Of a stretch of 64,000 nt of DNA, positions 15,354 to 27,758 are shown piece after piece. The notes under the pieces are model-generated. The model was not told the DNA's origin. It made no database searches and saw only the letters and a list, made by a program, of their open reading frames with translations. A program made the position numbers and the translations under genes. The stretch is from contig OZ024740.1 of the NCBI GenBank assembly GCA_964016885.1, forward strand, positions 335,792,001-335,856,000, read 5' to 3'. This stretch comes from Eledone cirrhosa. Lineage: Eukaryota. Position 1 is the stretch's first letter. Every line of letters starts with the position of its first letter.

Positions 15354-15360
<7 letters not shown>
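14871..15360 (-). mobile_element. HHR-bearing 337-bp monomer (1.16 copies) plus inverted terminal copy, in (TA)n
   Basis: GAAGTGGTTACACAAC at 14871 and 15208; inverted arms 15138-15234 / 15264-15360. Confidence 0.8.
14903..14939 (-). ncRNA. Minimal type I hammerhead
   Basis: Reverse complement: CGAG-CTGAGGA-TCCGTAAGGT-GAAAC-AATT-GTT-CTCG. Palindromic stem III ACAATTGT, GUU site. Confidence 0.75.
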
Positions 15361-15411
<51 letters not shown>

Positions 15412-15449
15412 AGGAGGTTATAGTTCACTTGAAGCATTGTGTAATGAGG

Positions 15450-16159
15450 TATAAACGTTAGAATATGTGTAATAAGGCCAAGACAATGCAGATATGGACA
15501 TAGAAAAAAGAATGCAATAGTGAAAGATATTGATGAGAATTCGTCTTTCACCTTGAATTTATTTAAATGTCCTTAATTTTCGAGATAATATCTCTTCTTC
15601 GGAGGGAAGTAAAAGTCTCAGACCAGCGTCTAAATTTCCAATGAAGCCATGCTGACCGGAAATAGTATAGAGTTCTAACTTTAATATCAAAGAATTAAAA
15701 TTAGGTGGGTAAAGAGTAGTCTCCCTTTAAGAGGGGTTTGTTTATGTTTTTGTTGTGTTTTTTTTTTTTTTTTTTTATATGCGTGCCTGTATATGTGTGT
15801 GGGAGAAAGCATGAAGGTGTAGGTATGTGGGTGTGTGTGTGTGAGTGTGGGAAGATAGGTCTAATCGTAAAAGTGGGGGGTAGGTGTTATCTGGTGTTAG
15901 AACTGGTTTTGTGTGTGTATGTGTGAGAGAGAATAAGTGGAGGTGTGCGCGTGCGTGTGTGTGGGGTGTGTAAAGTGGGGCTAGAGGCCCTATCAGGTTA
16001 TAAATTGGGTGTTGAGCTCTAGTCTATTAAAATTAAGGACATTTAAATAAATTCAAGGTGAAAGACGAATTCTCATCAATATCTTTCACTATTGCATTCT
16101 TTTTTCTATGTCCATATCTGCATTGTCTTGGCCTTATTACACATATTCTAACGTTTATA
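15450..16159. repeat. Inverted repeat with 131-bp arms; a variant HHR (CCGAAGA core) at 15570-15607 (-) overlaps the inner end of the left arm
   Basis: 15450-15580 is the reverse complement of 16029-16159. Motif: CCT-CCGAAGA-A-GAGAT att ATCTC-GAAAATTA-AGG. Confidence 0.8.
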
Positions 16160-16426
16160 TATATATATATTTCAAAGTTATATATTGAGTTAGGAACTCA
16201 AAATAGTCTCTTACAACAAAATAGCTCTATGAAAGAGATATTTCCGAGCCGTATATTATAATAGAATATAAAAGAAAATCGAACACAGACATATGTGTTC
16301 AAATCGTAAGGGACCAGATTCGCTAAGGTGAAAAGAATACTAACTATAGAGAATTGGGTTTGCTTGTCTCGATTTAAGAAAAAATTAAGAAAATAAATAT
16401 ACAAACCAGAATTGTGGTAACTACCA

Positions 16427-16501
16427 ATCACCCAGACAACTTGTTGTTTCGCAATGTTAATTGTGAATAGAATTACCAATTCAAGCTCATCAGTGGTTGA
16501 T
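16427..16501 (-). ncRNA. Type I hammerhead ribozyme
   Basis: Reverse complement: ATCAACCA-CTGATGA-GC..GC-GAA-ACAAC aa GTTGT-C-TGGGTGAT. Confidence 0.85.
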
Positions 16502-16962
16502 GAATTAGTATCCTAGACACTTCTAAGTATATTAAGAAACTGAATAGTGTGCTATATATAAAATAACGCACATGGCATCCTAGCGTGTCTCACAAACTTA
16601 CACCACTAAAAATAGCAGCCAGGTTTATTCGACATTTAAAATCTGGTCCCTTACGATTTGAACACATATATGTATATGTCTGTGTTCGTTTTTCTTTTAT
16701 ATTCTATTATAATATACGGCTCGGAAATATCTCTTTCATAGAGCTATTTTGTTGTAAGAGACTATTTTGAGTTCCTAACTCAATATATACCTTTGATATA
16801 TTCGGCTCCGTTAATCTGTTGAGCTATTTCAAATGTCGAATAAATCTGGCTGCTATTTTTTGTGGTGTAAGTTTGTGAGACACGCTAGGATACCATGTGC
16901 GCTATTTTATATATAGCACACTATTCAGTTTCTTAAATACTTAGATACTAGGATACTAATTC

Positions 16963-17040
16963 ATCACCCACTGATGAACTTGAATTGGTAATTCTATTCA
17001 CAATTAACATTGCGAAACAACACCAAGTTGTCTGGGTGAT
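16963..17040 (+). ncRNA. Type I hammerhead ribozyme
   Basis: ATCACCCA-CTGATGA-..-GAA-ACAAC accaa GTTGT-C-TGGGTGAT. Perfect 8-bp stem I, GUC site; the basal pair of stem II is mutated (A.C). Confidence 0.85.
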
Positions 17041-17477
17041 TGGTAGTTACGACAATTCCGGTTTGTATTTATTTTCTTAATTTTTTCTTAAATCGAGACA
17101 AGCAAACCCAATTGTCTATAGTTAGTATTCTTTTCACCTTAGCGAATCTGGTCCCTTAAGATTTGAACACATATATGTATATGTCTGTGTTCGATTTTCT
17201 TTTATATTCTATTATAATATACGGCTCGGAAATAGCTCTTTCATAGAGCTATTTTGTTGTAAGAGACTATTTTGAGTTCCTAACACAATATATACCATTG
17301 ATATATTCGGCTCCGTTAATTTGTTTAGCTATTTCAAATGTCGAATAAACCTGGCTGCTATTTTTAGTGGTGTAAGTTTGTGAGACACGCTAGGATACCA
17401 TGTGCGCTATTTTATATATAGCACACTATTCAGTTTTTATAGCACACTATTCATTTTTCTTTTATATTCTATTATAT

Positions 17478-17545
<68 letters not shown>

Positions 17546-18257
17546 ATAAATTTGAAGACTAAAATCCAAAGAGGGCTCGATATATTAGATATATAAGATA
17601 TATAAGAACCGTATGTGTGCGGGTACATGCGATGCGTGGGTTCTGTATATGCGTGCGTGTTTTTTTTTTGTTTTTTTTTTGTGTGCGCGTTTGTATTTGC
17701 ATACCCATGGCGAGTGTTCTCGCGTATACTTGTGTACGTACGTATATGGATGCATGTATGTATATATTTCAATTACCTCTGTATTTTATTTACTTTATTC
17801 TTAACTCTGAAGCCGAAAATCATTCGGTTTGCTAAATATAATTTTAGTCTTCGACTTCAGTTGTACCTTTTACGTGGTTTTGCTTTTGCGTGTAATTGTT
17901 CTCTATGCACCACATAATGACGTATTATCTTCGTTTTTTCCGTTTATTGCCAGAGAATATCTCCATGTACCACCTAATAGAATATTAGTGTACGACTTCA
18001 TTTATACCATAAACGTGGTTTTGTATTTGCGTGTAATTGTTTTCACCGCACCAAATAATGACGTATTATCTCCGTTTTTTTTCGTTCTTTGCCAGGGAAT
18101 GTTTCCAGGAACCAAAATATCGTCTTCCTGTCTTCATTCGGTTGCAACGTTTTTTGAAATATTTACTTCTGCGCTCACAGATTGACTTTTTTAGTTTCAG
18201 AAGATCCCGTTAAGGGTGAAACAGCGATTCTTTGCTTTAACTTTAATCTGTTATTTT

Positions 18258-18368
<111 letters not shown>

Positions 18369-18519
18369 AGAGTAAGAACCGCGACAGCAGAGCTCAAGCC
18401 GTTTCGACAGCTATTTCTGGACTCCTATTACCCACTCTACTACCCAAAGTATCGAGTACTCTGGTGCGTTATGGTCCACCTGGTTCCTTACCACACTTCC
18501 TTCGTTATATATATATAAG

Positions 18520-18994
18520 ATCAACCACCAGTCACATCCTGATGCTGAGGAGGATATAAGAGGGAGGTAGAGCAAAGTGTCTTCCTGCGGTTATGGTTTT
18601 CATTGACTTTAGGAAGGCCTTTGATTCTGTGGACCGTCACTGCCTGATGAATATCTTACAGGCTTATGGAATCCGCAAGAAGATAGTGGACCTGATATCA
18701 CTGCTCTACACCAACACCAAAGCCCAAGTCATTACACCTGATGGGATGACAGAGTTCTTTGAGATACTGGCTGGAATGCTCCAGGGAGATACATTGGCTC
18801 CCTAACTTTTTATCATCGTAGTGAACTATTGTATGCGCCTTGCACTGGAGAAACATCAGGACTCTGGCTTTACTGTAGCACCGGCTCAGAACAGGAGAGT
18901 TAAGGCGAAAAAGATATCGGATGCTGAATTTGCCGACAACATAGTTTTGGTGACAAATACAGTGAAGGGGCAGAGGATTTGATGCAGGAAGTTA
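18520..18994 (+). pseudogene. RTE-type LINE reverse transcriptase fragment
   Basis: FIDFRKAFDSV, AGMLQGDTLAP*LF and a degenerate FADN motif; internal stop; truncated at both ends. Confidence 0.8.
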
Positions 18995-20328
18995 AGAAGC
19001 AACGGAATCCAGGTACCAACAGGTGAGATGATAAAGGAAATTGACACTGAAGAGGGATTACATATTTAAGTGTTCTGGAGGCAGATGACATCAAGAACAA
19101 AAAATGAAGGAATTGATAAGATCTGAGTACATAAGGAGAGTAAGGAGCGTATTAAAATCACATCTAAATAGTAGGAATGTCATAAGTGCAGTGAATTCCC
19201 GAGCTGTGTCTATTATTAGGTACAGTGCGGGAATTTCTAAATGGAATGTTGCTGAACAAAAAAAGAAATGGATAGGAAGACTAGGAAGCTATTGACTATC
19301 TACAATATGTTCCACAAGAAGAGTGATGTCGATAGACTCTACTTAAAGAGATATGAAGGTGGAAGAGGTCTTATCAGCATAGAGGACTGCGTTCAGATTG
19401 AGAAAAACAACCTGCACAAATACGTGAGTGACAGTAGGGAGCCAATGCTCAAAATTGTACTGAAGGAGAAGACAATAGATCAGGGGATGTCCAAGGAGGA
19501 AATAACAAGGATGGAGAGCAACCTTCATAAAAAATCTCTTCATAGTACCTTCTTTAGGAAAACTGAATTTAGAGATCCACAGACATGGAACTGGTTAAAA
19601 AGAGGAGACCTTAAAAAAGGCTACAGAAGGAATGCAAATGGCTGCGCAAAAGCAAGCCCTCAGAAAGAAGTAGGTGAAACACCATATTTACAAGGAGGCT
19701 AGCTCACTGTGTAGGATCTGTGGAGAGAGAGAGGAGACTGTGGCTCACATTGTATCCGAGTGTATAAAGGCTGGACACATGATGTGATGGGCAGGGTGAT
19801 CCACTGGCACCTATGCAAAGTAAACAATTTACCACATTCTGAGAAGTGGTATGAGCATAAGCCAGAGTCGGTGACAGAAAATGATCAGGTGAAGGTGCTA
19901 TGAGATTTTAGGATACAGACGGACAAGGAATTAGAACACAATAGGCCTGAACTAGTGGTTTTGGACAAGGAAAAACGATCGTGCCTGATTGTAGATATAG
20001 CCTGCCCATTTGACACGAGAGTCCAAAAAAAGGAGACGGAGAAAATTAACCGATACCAGGACTTAAAGTGGGAGTTAAAAAAGATTTTGAACTGCCATGA
20101 AGTCAAGGTCGTCCCGATTGTTAAAGGCGCACTAGGTACTATCTCAAAAGGTTTCCAAGGATGGTTAAAGAAAATTAGTCCAGCCCCGCTTTTTCCAAAA
20201 TGCATGCTTGCTGGGAACAGCAAGAATCCTCCGATACGTCCTGAATATCTGAGACTGCAGGTAGTGGCTTGATATTCATTTCAACAAAATTTCCAGTAAA
20301 ATAACATCAATGACCGAGACTCAAGAAC
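18995..20328 (+). mobile_element. 5'-truncated R4/Dong-like LINE (RT C-terminus plus RLE), frameshifted
   Basis: Highly similar to 52933-54302; CRICGEREET, RPELVVLD, VDIACPFD; ends in (TAA)n. Confidence 0.9.
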
Positions 20329-20359
20329 AATAATAATAATAATAAAAATGATAATAATA

Positions 20360-20620
20360 ATAACACTAATAATAATTATTAATTAATGCAATCATGCAAT
20401 GCCTGTGCGTGAAGAATATTTTTACAGTGAGGGAAGACTGTGCACTGAGCTAATCCACCTCTCTGAACGACAGTAGCTATAACCCGAAAAGAAGAAAAGA
20501 TCAACATCATCGGTAACTACTGAGCCGTAGGTTTTATGTCGGAGTTAACCCAGTTTCCTGAGATGCCTTCTCCTAGAAGAATGCCCTGTCAAGAGTTCGT
20601 ATAATTGAAGCCGTTCGTGT
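20360..20620 (-). mobile_element. RTE-derived non-autonomous element (related to 39983-40172)
   Basis: Shares TGCAATGCCTGTGCGTGAAG..GAAAAGAAGAAAAGATCAACAT with ~40061-40172. Confidence 0.65.
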
Positions 20621-20633
20621 GTCACTGTTCAGT

Positions 20634-20826
20634 GGCGGTAGATTGGCAGTATCGGTAGAGGGTCGGACACCATGCTTTTCAGCATAGTTACGTCCCTTTA
20701 CGATCTGAGTTCAAATCCCGCCGAGGTTGACTTTGTCTTTCATCTTTACGGGGTCGATAAAATAAAGTACCAATAATGCACTGGGTAATTGCTGGCCTTG
20801 TGCCTAAAGTAGAAACAATTATTATA
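20634..20826 (+). mobile_element. tRNA-derived SINE, near full length (partial second copy at 20858-20972)
   Basis: A box TGGCAGTATCGG, B box GAGTTCAAATCC, core TTTCATCTTTACGGGGTCGATAAAATAAAGTACC, tail AGTAGAAACAATTATT. Confidence 0.9.
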
Positions 20827-21295
20827 ATTGCCTTACAGCATAGAGCTATGGCCCTCTACGTTCCGAGCTCGAAACATTTGCCTACGGGGTCATTTACCCA
20901 CGGGGTCGATAAAACAAAGCACCAGTAATGCACTGGCCCTGTGCCAAAAGCAGAAAAAATTACCATTATTATAGTTGTTTTCTTAAGGCCCGAGTGGTGA
21001 TGGTGATGGTGATGGTGATGGTGGTGCAGTTGATGTTGTTGTTTGGCTTTTTTCAACGTTTGATGCCACAGTTGTCGTAGACGTTGGTGTTGTTCCTCTT
21101 GATGTTGTAGATATTGGTGTTGGTGTTCATTCTGATGCTGTTGTTGCTGTAGACAAACATACATACATACATACATACATACATACATACATACATACAT
21201 ACATACATACATACATACATACAAACTTACGTACGTACATCCACACAAACACACCCATACTTAAATACAAGTATATATATATGTGTGTGAGTGTA

Positions 21296-21333
<38 letters not shown>

Positions 21334-21334
21334 C

Positions 21335-21427
<93 letters not shown>

Positions 21428-21949
21428 TGTGTGTTTCAGTTTGCCATCTGATTTGCGAGATGGAATACATTAAACAAAATTAAAACGTAAAAGAGTGTCA
21501 GCGGTCAAGAATTGTTTATCGGAAGGTCACAGAATATTGATAGATATGAACTACAAGATTTTTGGGAACTGAAAGTATGCTGAAGGCTACAGATGACGTA
21601 CAATATTCGAAGAAGTTATATTAACTTGTCTCCATGAGAAAGATTCAGCGAATACCAGTGATACCATGAATGGTTTCATTGTATACTGCGCCGAGTCGAG
21701 AGTGATCTAAACAGACCTATGATTAAAAGTGGTTTAGTTGTGTCTAACCAATTCTTTTTTTTTTTTTTTTTTGTAGACATGAAACTAAATTATCTAATCT
21801 GATCTTTGACGTCTAACATTTTGTTGTTCTCTCTCTCCCTCTCTTCATCTCTCTGTCTCACTCTCTCTCTCCCTCTACTTCTCTCTCTCTCTCTCTCGTT
21901 CTCTCTCTCTTAAGCTTTTGTTCATCCGAAAAGATTTTATAATTGTGCA

Positions 21950-22650
21950 AATATGTCTATTTGTTCTTCACTAAGAATGAGATTCTTATCTTGTACATCG
22001 TTGGCAATTTATGGTTTTTATTATAGCTATTTATTTGGGTTATAAATTTATGTTCTTAAAGAGACGTTGCTGCTTGAATTTGGAAAATTTTGAAATTTTA
22101 TACAAGGAACTTGTGATATGTTTCTTGAAATGTCATGATTGCTTTATCCAGACATTCCGAATTCTAGTTTTGGAAATTTGGAATTTTAGTTAACATTCAT
22201 TTCAATTTCCTTTTAACCACTTTTCAAGAGATTTCCTTCCACTCTTGCACAGTGATTGGACATAGCTTTCTTTTCACAATTTGCAACCCATTTTAAGTGT
22301 TTCTTCCATAATTCCTTCCAGAAATTCCTTAAGATGTTACGTCTCGATGAGCAATGATTAACATATTGATGTAGTGTATGTTTTATAGAAAATTTGACGA
22401 TTTACAAAGGAAGGTTTTTTTCTCAGTAACTTCACTCTATTAATGCCTCCCAATTCTCTGAAGATTTGCTTTATGATGTAGCTTTAATTTTTTTCTCTAT
22501 TCGGTATTAAATTTGCAATCTGATCATTTCAGTTTCCCTTTCAAGCTACAAATTTCCATTTAACCTTACATCCATATTATCCGACCGATAGAACGACTGA
22601 TGCCATCCATAAGTATTTCTTAATTGGTTCTACCTTTTAAACTTGTTCAA
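21950..22650 (-). pseudogene. Very degraded R4-like LINE relic
   Basis: Minus-strand traces such as KELW and KIPN..NVWIK in the order seen in the intact R4-like ORFs; many stops. Confidence 0.35.
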
Positions 22651-23740
22651 AAAGAGTCTTTGTCGACTTTATGTTACATCTCTCCCATGAATACCAGTAA
22701 AACACTGAGATCAATAATATGTGCCTGAAGTTGCTAGCATAGTGCAGAGAACCAAGAAAGTTTAATTGATTAAAATTTGTGAATGGGGTGAGGAGAAAAA
22801 ATCACTACCTGAATGAAAAATATTGTTTCATAAGGGCAGAGGAGACAACTCCGAAGTATTATTAATTAAATATAATTAATTAAAGATAGAAAGTGGAAAA
22901 TGTATGGACACAACTCCACGCATGTTTCACTGTTATTGAATCTCCTCAGTAAAATATAATCTTTACAAGTATTGCATGGTATCTTTTTGCAGAATAATTT
23001 TCTTTCAGGAAATCCGAAGTACAATATTGTAATATATAACGCTGTGTTTGATGAAATTTTTTCACAGTTAGTAGATTGATGTTCCTACTTGCTGTTTCTT
23101 CTCCTATACTCTTCAATCATTTGCAGATAATGTATATTTTACATACATGCCATTACTATTGAACCACATGAAGTTTATAGATTTAACTTATCTTCTTCTC
23201 AACTCTGAATCGGGTCACGCAGAGAGCAAACAATAGGAACGAAGAGAATGGAATTAGGATTCACTTCAACTCACAGAGATGATATTACGTATGTGGCTTG
23301 TTGCGATTAGAAGCAGATTTATCAACGGGAATTAATAGCACTGAGCTGACATGTCAATAAATACTGCTACGTTTCATGAAAACAGAGAAATTTATAATCT
23401 GATGAGAGTGAGTCATGTAAAAGAGCAGTCAGTGATTCTAGGTATAGATCCTTATTGTGATGTGAATACCGCTTTAAATGACATTGCTCTAAAGACACAA
23501 GAATATAGGATTTGCTTTATTTAGTTTTACTCCGACACTTTCCAATTCTATTTTCATTTATTATTGTAACACATTTGATCTTGTACCGCTAAAACACGAA
23601 TCTAATTTATCAATTCCCAGTTAGTTTTGCAGCCTATAACTGTTATCTCCTCTGTCCTCACCATGCACATAAACGGGACAGGGTGCCCTCTGTGTCTCGA
23701 CTGGAGCACAGAACAGTGTTAATGATAGAATACGAAATGA

Positions 23741-23804
<64 letters not shown>

Positions 23805-23867
23805 ACGTATATATATATATATATACATACACAAATACACACACACATACACATACACACACAAATA

Positions 23868-23926
<59 letters not shown>

Positions 23927-24792
23927 TCCGACATTATTTTTGTAAGGACACCCCTATAAATATATTTTTGATAATCTTTAAATGACATTCTGAAAATGTA
24001 TCCTCTTTACGATAGTTCTTCGAAAAACACATTACATTTTTCCTCTCTCTTTTTGTTATTCAAACATTCACACATCTTTCGACTAAAATAATGGATCTCA
24101 CACAAAATAATATATAATCTTTCTCTAATTTAATGATTAACAAACAAAATTGGAGTTATCTTTCCTTTCTCAATCCTGCAAACATAAACATTTTTCTCAA
24201 TCGTGCAAACATAAGCATTTTACGTTCGATAATCTGTATAGCTTCGCTAAATTAACAATATTCTGAAAACATTCTCAATGTTGAACAAAATTTTTGAATC
24301 CACAAATTGTTCTACTCTCACAACTTGAACCACCTATTTTTTAAGTAAAATACAAATTCAACGTCCTTCGTAACTCATATTTGATATATAAACAACTAAT
24401 ACATACGTACTTTATTAATATATACATATTTAATACATACATATTATTATATATTTATATACATATTTACATACATATTTATATAGATATTTATATACAT
24501 ATAACCTATCCAAATGTAATAAGATAAAAATACATACAACCATAATTCTTCATATAATCTAATTGATTATATATACAATATTATAACTCATATTATTTTC
24601 CCCCCAAATTAACGTAAATGCTAGCCCTTCTTCCTTTCTCTTCTTTCCTACGCATACAATAACTTATCATAATTACTTAAATTTTCCATAGCGTCTAAAA
24701 TAATTTTTTTTTTTCAGCCCTTTTACATAAACCTTATTTGCATACTCATCTTAATAATTTAAAATATCTGACTTTTCTTCTCTTCCCTTCAG

Positions 24793-24969
24793 TATCCAGA
24801 GATAACTTGAACCGTTAAGGTATATTATCCTTGGTTATGTCAACATTTATAAAACACACTTCGTATTTTATCTGATGATAGCGTACCAAAATTGTTGGTA
24901 CCCTTGAAATATATATAATAGAATAAATATGGTTTTATAAATATTGTTTCCATTTATTTAATATCATTG
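24793..24969 (+). mobile_element. Single copy of the ~175-bp HHR-bearing unit that forms the 6013-6360 palindrome
   Basis: Aligns with 6190-6360 along its length; 3' end abuts (TA)n. Confidence 0.9.
24864..24925 (+). ncRNA. Minimal type I hammerhead
   Basis: TATTTTAT-CTGATGA-..GTACCAA aattg TTGGTAC..-GAAA-TATATA-TA-ATAGAATA. Full 8-bp stem I. Confidence 0.75.
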
Positions 24970-24999
24970 TATATATATATATATATCATCAAGCAGCTA

Positions 25000-25121
<122 letters not shown>

Positions 25122-25122
25122 A

Positions 25123-25187
<65 letters not shown>

Positions 25188-25709
25188 TAGCTGCTTAGCT
25201 GCGGTAACCCCTCTGAGTGTGTTACTGATGTACTGAATTTAAAGGATTACCATAGAGATATCCATTCCCATACATCATCTAGTCTCGATGTCATTAATAT
25301 CGAATCATCAAACTATTTCTAAAGAAAGTTATTGTTAAAGAGATTGAAGCGATGAGAAGAGGAAATATAAAAGATTGAACAAGAGATATATAAAATTAAT
25401 TTCATTGTTTCACGTCATTAGGTGTTAACATATTTAAGTTATTGTTGTTTATACCTAGATTAGATGTGACGTGACAACCTGTCTTTTCAGATAGAATATA
25501 ACCAGGAGTACATTATTCAATATATCCTTTCTTCTTTAAATAAGATAGTAGTGTGATTTGAGAGATATATTGAGTAACGTTTCTAGCACACCGACCGAAC
25601 AAATAGAGATTCCTCATTGGGACATTCATATTACAGCTACATACGTATCGTTAGCACCAATTATAATAATTCCAGCATTGAGTATGTTTTTTTGTTTTTT
25701 TTCTGGTGT

Positions 25710-25980
25710 CAGCCCCGCGAGATAGAATGGCTCTTCCAGCGCATCTCCCTTACCATCCTCCAGGAAACGTCTTCTCCATTCTGTCTGCCGGGGCTGTGGA
25801 GAGGCCGGCACGTGGGACCACATTTGCTCTTAATACAGAAAGATGGCAAGGGCGAGATAGATGGAGGCAATGACAGTGGGAGTTCGGCTCGTCCATGTTC
25901 GGACACATTGCACCTGTCTTGTGGATCTTGTGATAGTTTACTATACATGTGTATTTGTCACTGTCACTAAAGGATTTAAA
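25710..25980 (+). pseudogene. 3' end fragment of a CRE-like (RLE) non-LTR element
   Basis: REIEWLFQRISLTIL followed, after a frameshift, by GNVFSIL resembles the QRLS..I.RGN C-terminal motif of CRE-clade ORFs. Confidence 0.45.
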
Positions 25981-26043
25981 ATGTTGACCTATCTGACACT
26001 ATCTAATGATTTCAAGCGACGTAGCCAGAATTATTACTAATTA

Positions 26044-27758
26044 CACTGTGTAACAAACGTTTTTTTTTTCTCTGTTCCTGGCTTGTAAACACTTTTTTTG
26101 TGTTGCTTAGGTCCCAAATAAATAAATTAAAAAAGTGCTATTAAACGGTTAAAAGTTTGGGTTTGTAAAAATTTTAAGCTATTCACTAGAATTATTTGTA
26201 TGCTGGATTTTACGTTGTATGTGAGTTTAATTTGCTTATCTTAAATGATTTTTGTTTATATATGTTTCAGGTTAAATTAAAATTATAAAATAAAGAGTAA
26301 TACCTAAAGAAAATTATAAAAGTGCAATAAAGTATAAAATTGTTAAAAAGTGAATTAAAGAGATTTATTGATACTGGATTTTCGCGCCCTGAATAAAGGG
26401 TAAGTTGTGTTTTAAGGATTCGTCTCCAGGATGAAGCAGTGGAACTTGGTCAAGGAGGAAGTGCAGGTGACAAGTCAGAGAAGTCGACACGAACCTTTCT
26501 CTTCTGCCATGACGTGCCTGGACTGTTTGACGTTATTGGGGTGCCGTTTGTGCCCAAGGAGTGGCGGCTATTTATAGACAGCTCCACCACAAGTTTGAAG
26601 GCTGTGCTCCTCCACAATGGAAACAAGTTCCCGACACTGCCCCTAGCACATTCAGTCTGCCTGAAGGAAGATTACTACAGTGTGAAAGTCCTCTTGGAAG
26701 CTCTGCAATACAACCAGTACAATTGGGAAATCATTGGAGACTTCAAGATGGTGGCTTTTCTGCTTGGACTCCAAGGAGGCTTTATCAAATTCCAATGCTT
26801 CCTCTGCCTTTGGGACGGCAGAGCCACCTCTAACCACTACAAAAGAAAGAACTGGGAACAGCGAACAGAATTTGTAGTTAGACAGGAACGTCATGTGGGA
26901 GCCACTGGTTGATCCCAGGATTGTGCTCATGCCGCCACTGCACATTAAGTTGGGGTTGATGAAGCCGTTTGTGAAGGCTCTCAACCAAGAATCAGCCGCT
27001 TTTAAGTACCTTCTTGAGTTCTTCCCCAAGTTATCTGAGGCCAAAATCAAAGGTGGAATTTTTGTTGGACCTCAGATAAAAAAGGTGTTTGAGTCTACCG
27101 AGTTCTCCAATAAGCTCAATAGGATTGAGAGAACAGCATGGAACTGTTTCAAGGCAGTTGCTAAGGGCTTCCTTGGCAAATACAGCGTTGAAAACTACCA
27201 GCAACTGGTGCAGGATCTGATAAAGGCTTTTGGCGCCATGGGATGCAGGATGTCGCTTAAACTCCATATGCTGGACGCTCACCTGGAAAGATTCAAGGAC
27301 AATATGGGCGCCTAGTCAGAAAAACAAGGCGAACGATTCCACCAAGATGTGAAAGAGATATAGCGGAGGTACCAGGGCCACTACAATGAAAACATGATGG
27401 GGGACTATATCTGGGGGCTAGTGCGGGAATGCGACCTGGACTACAACCGCAAATCCAGGAAATCCAGTCATTTCTGACGTGTATAAGTTGCTTTATAAGT
27501 GTTATTTGTTTTTACTTGTTTGCTTTTGATAAGCTTGCGTAATAAAATAAATATATACTCTATTGATTTAATTATATGAACTGATAAATTTTTAAAAAAT
27601 GTGTTTTTTCTTGAGAAATATGAAAATTTCGAAATATCAAACTTCTGACCATAAACCCAAACTTCTGATTAAATTATAGTGGTTTTTTATAATAATGGGA
27701 TATAACAAACCGTGAAATGATACTTAGAACCTGAGAACAAAAAATATGTTACACAGTG
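26044..27758 (+). mobile_element. Chapaev3-like (CMC) DNA transposon, internally deleted
   Basis: TIRs CACTGTGTAACA / TGTTACACAGTG with a TTA 3-bp TSD on both sides (26041-26043, 27759-27761); transposase remnant inside. Confidence 0.85.
26439..27477 (+). pseudogene. Chapaev3-type transposase pseudogene (C-terminal part)
   Basis: EWRLFIDSS..SLKAVLLHNGN, GDFKMVAFLLGLQGG, CFLCLWD, PPLHIKLGLMK, QGERFHQD; frameshifts near 26497 and 26885, stops at 27313 and 27361. Confidence 0.85.

Larger units (their letters stand above)
16171..17436. mobile_element. Retrozyme-like 505-bp monomer: one inverted copy (16171-16640) plus ~1.6 direct copies (16641-17436)
   Basis: ATCTGGTCCCTTA at 16641 and 17146; 16171-16640 is the reverse complement of ~16830-17300; no coding capacity; TA flanks. 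Confidence 0.85.
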
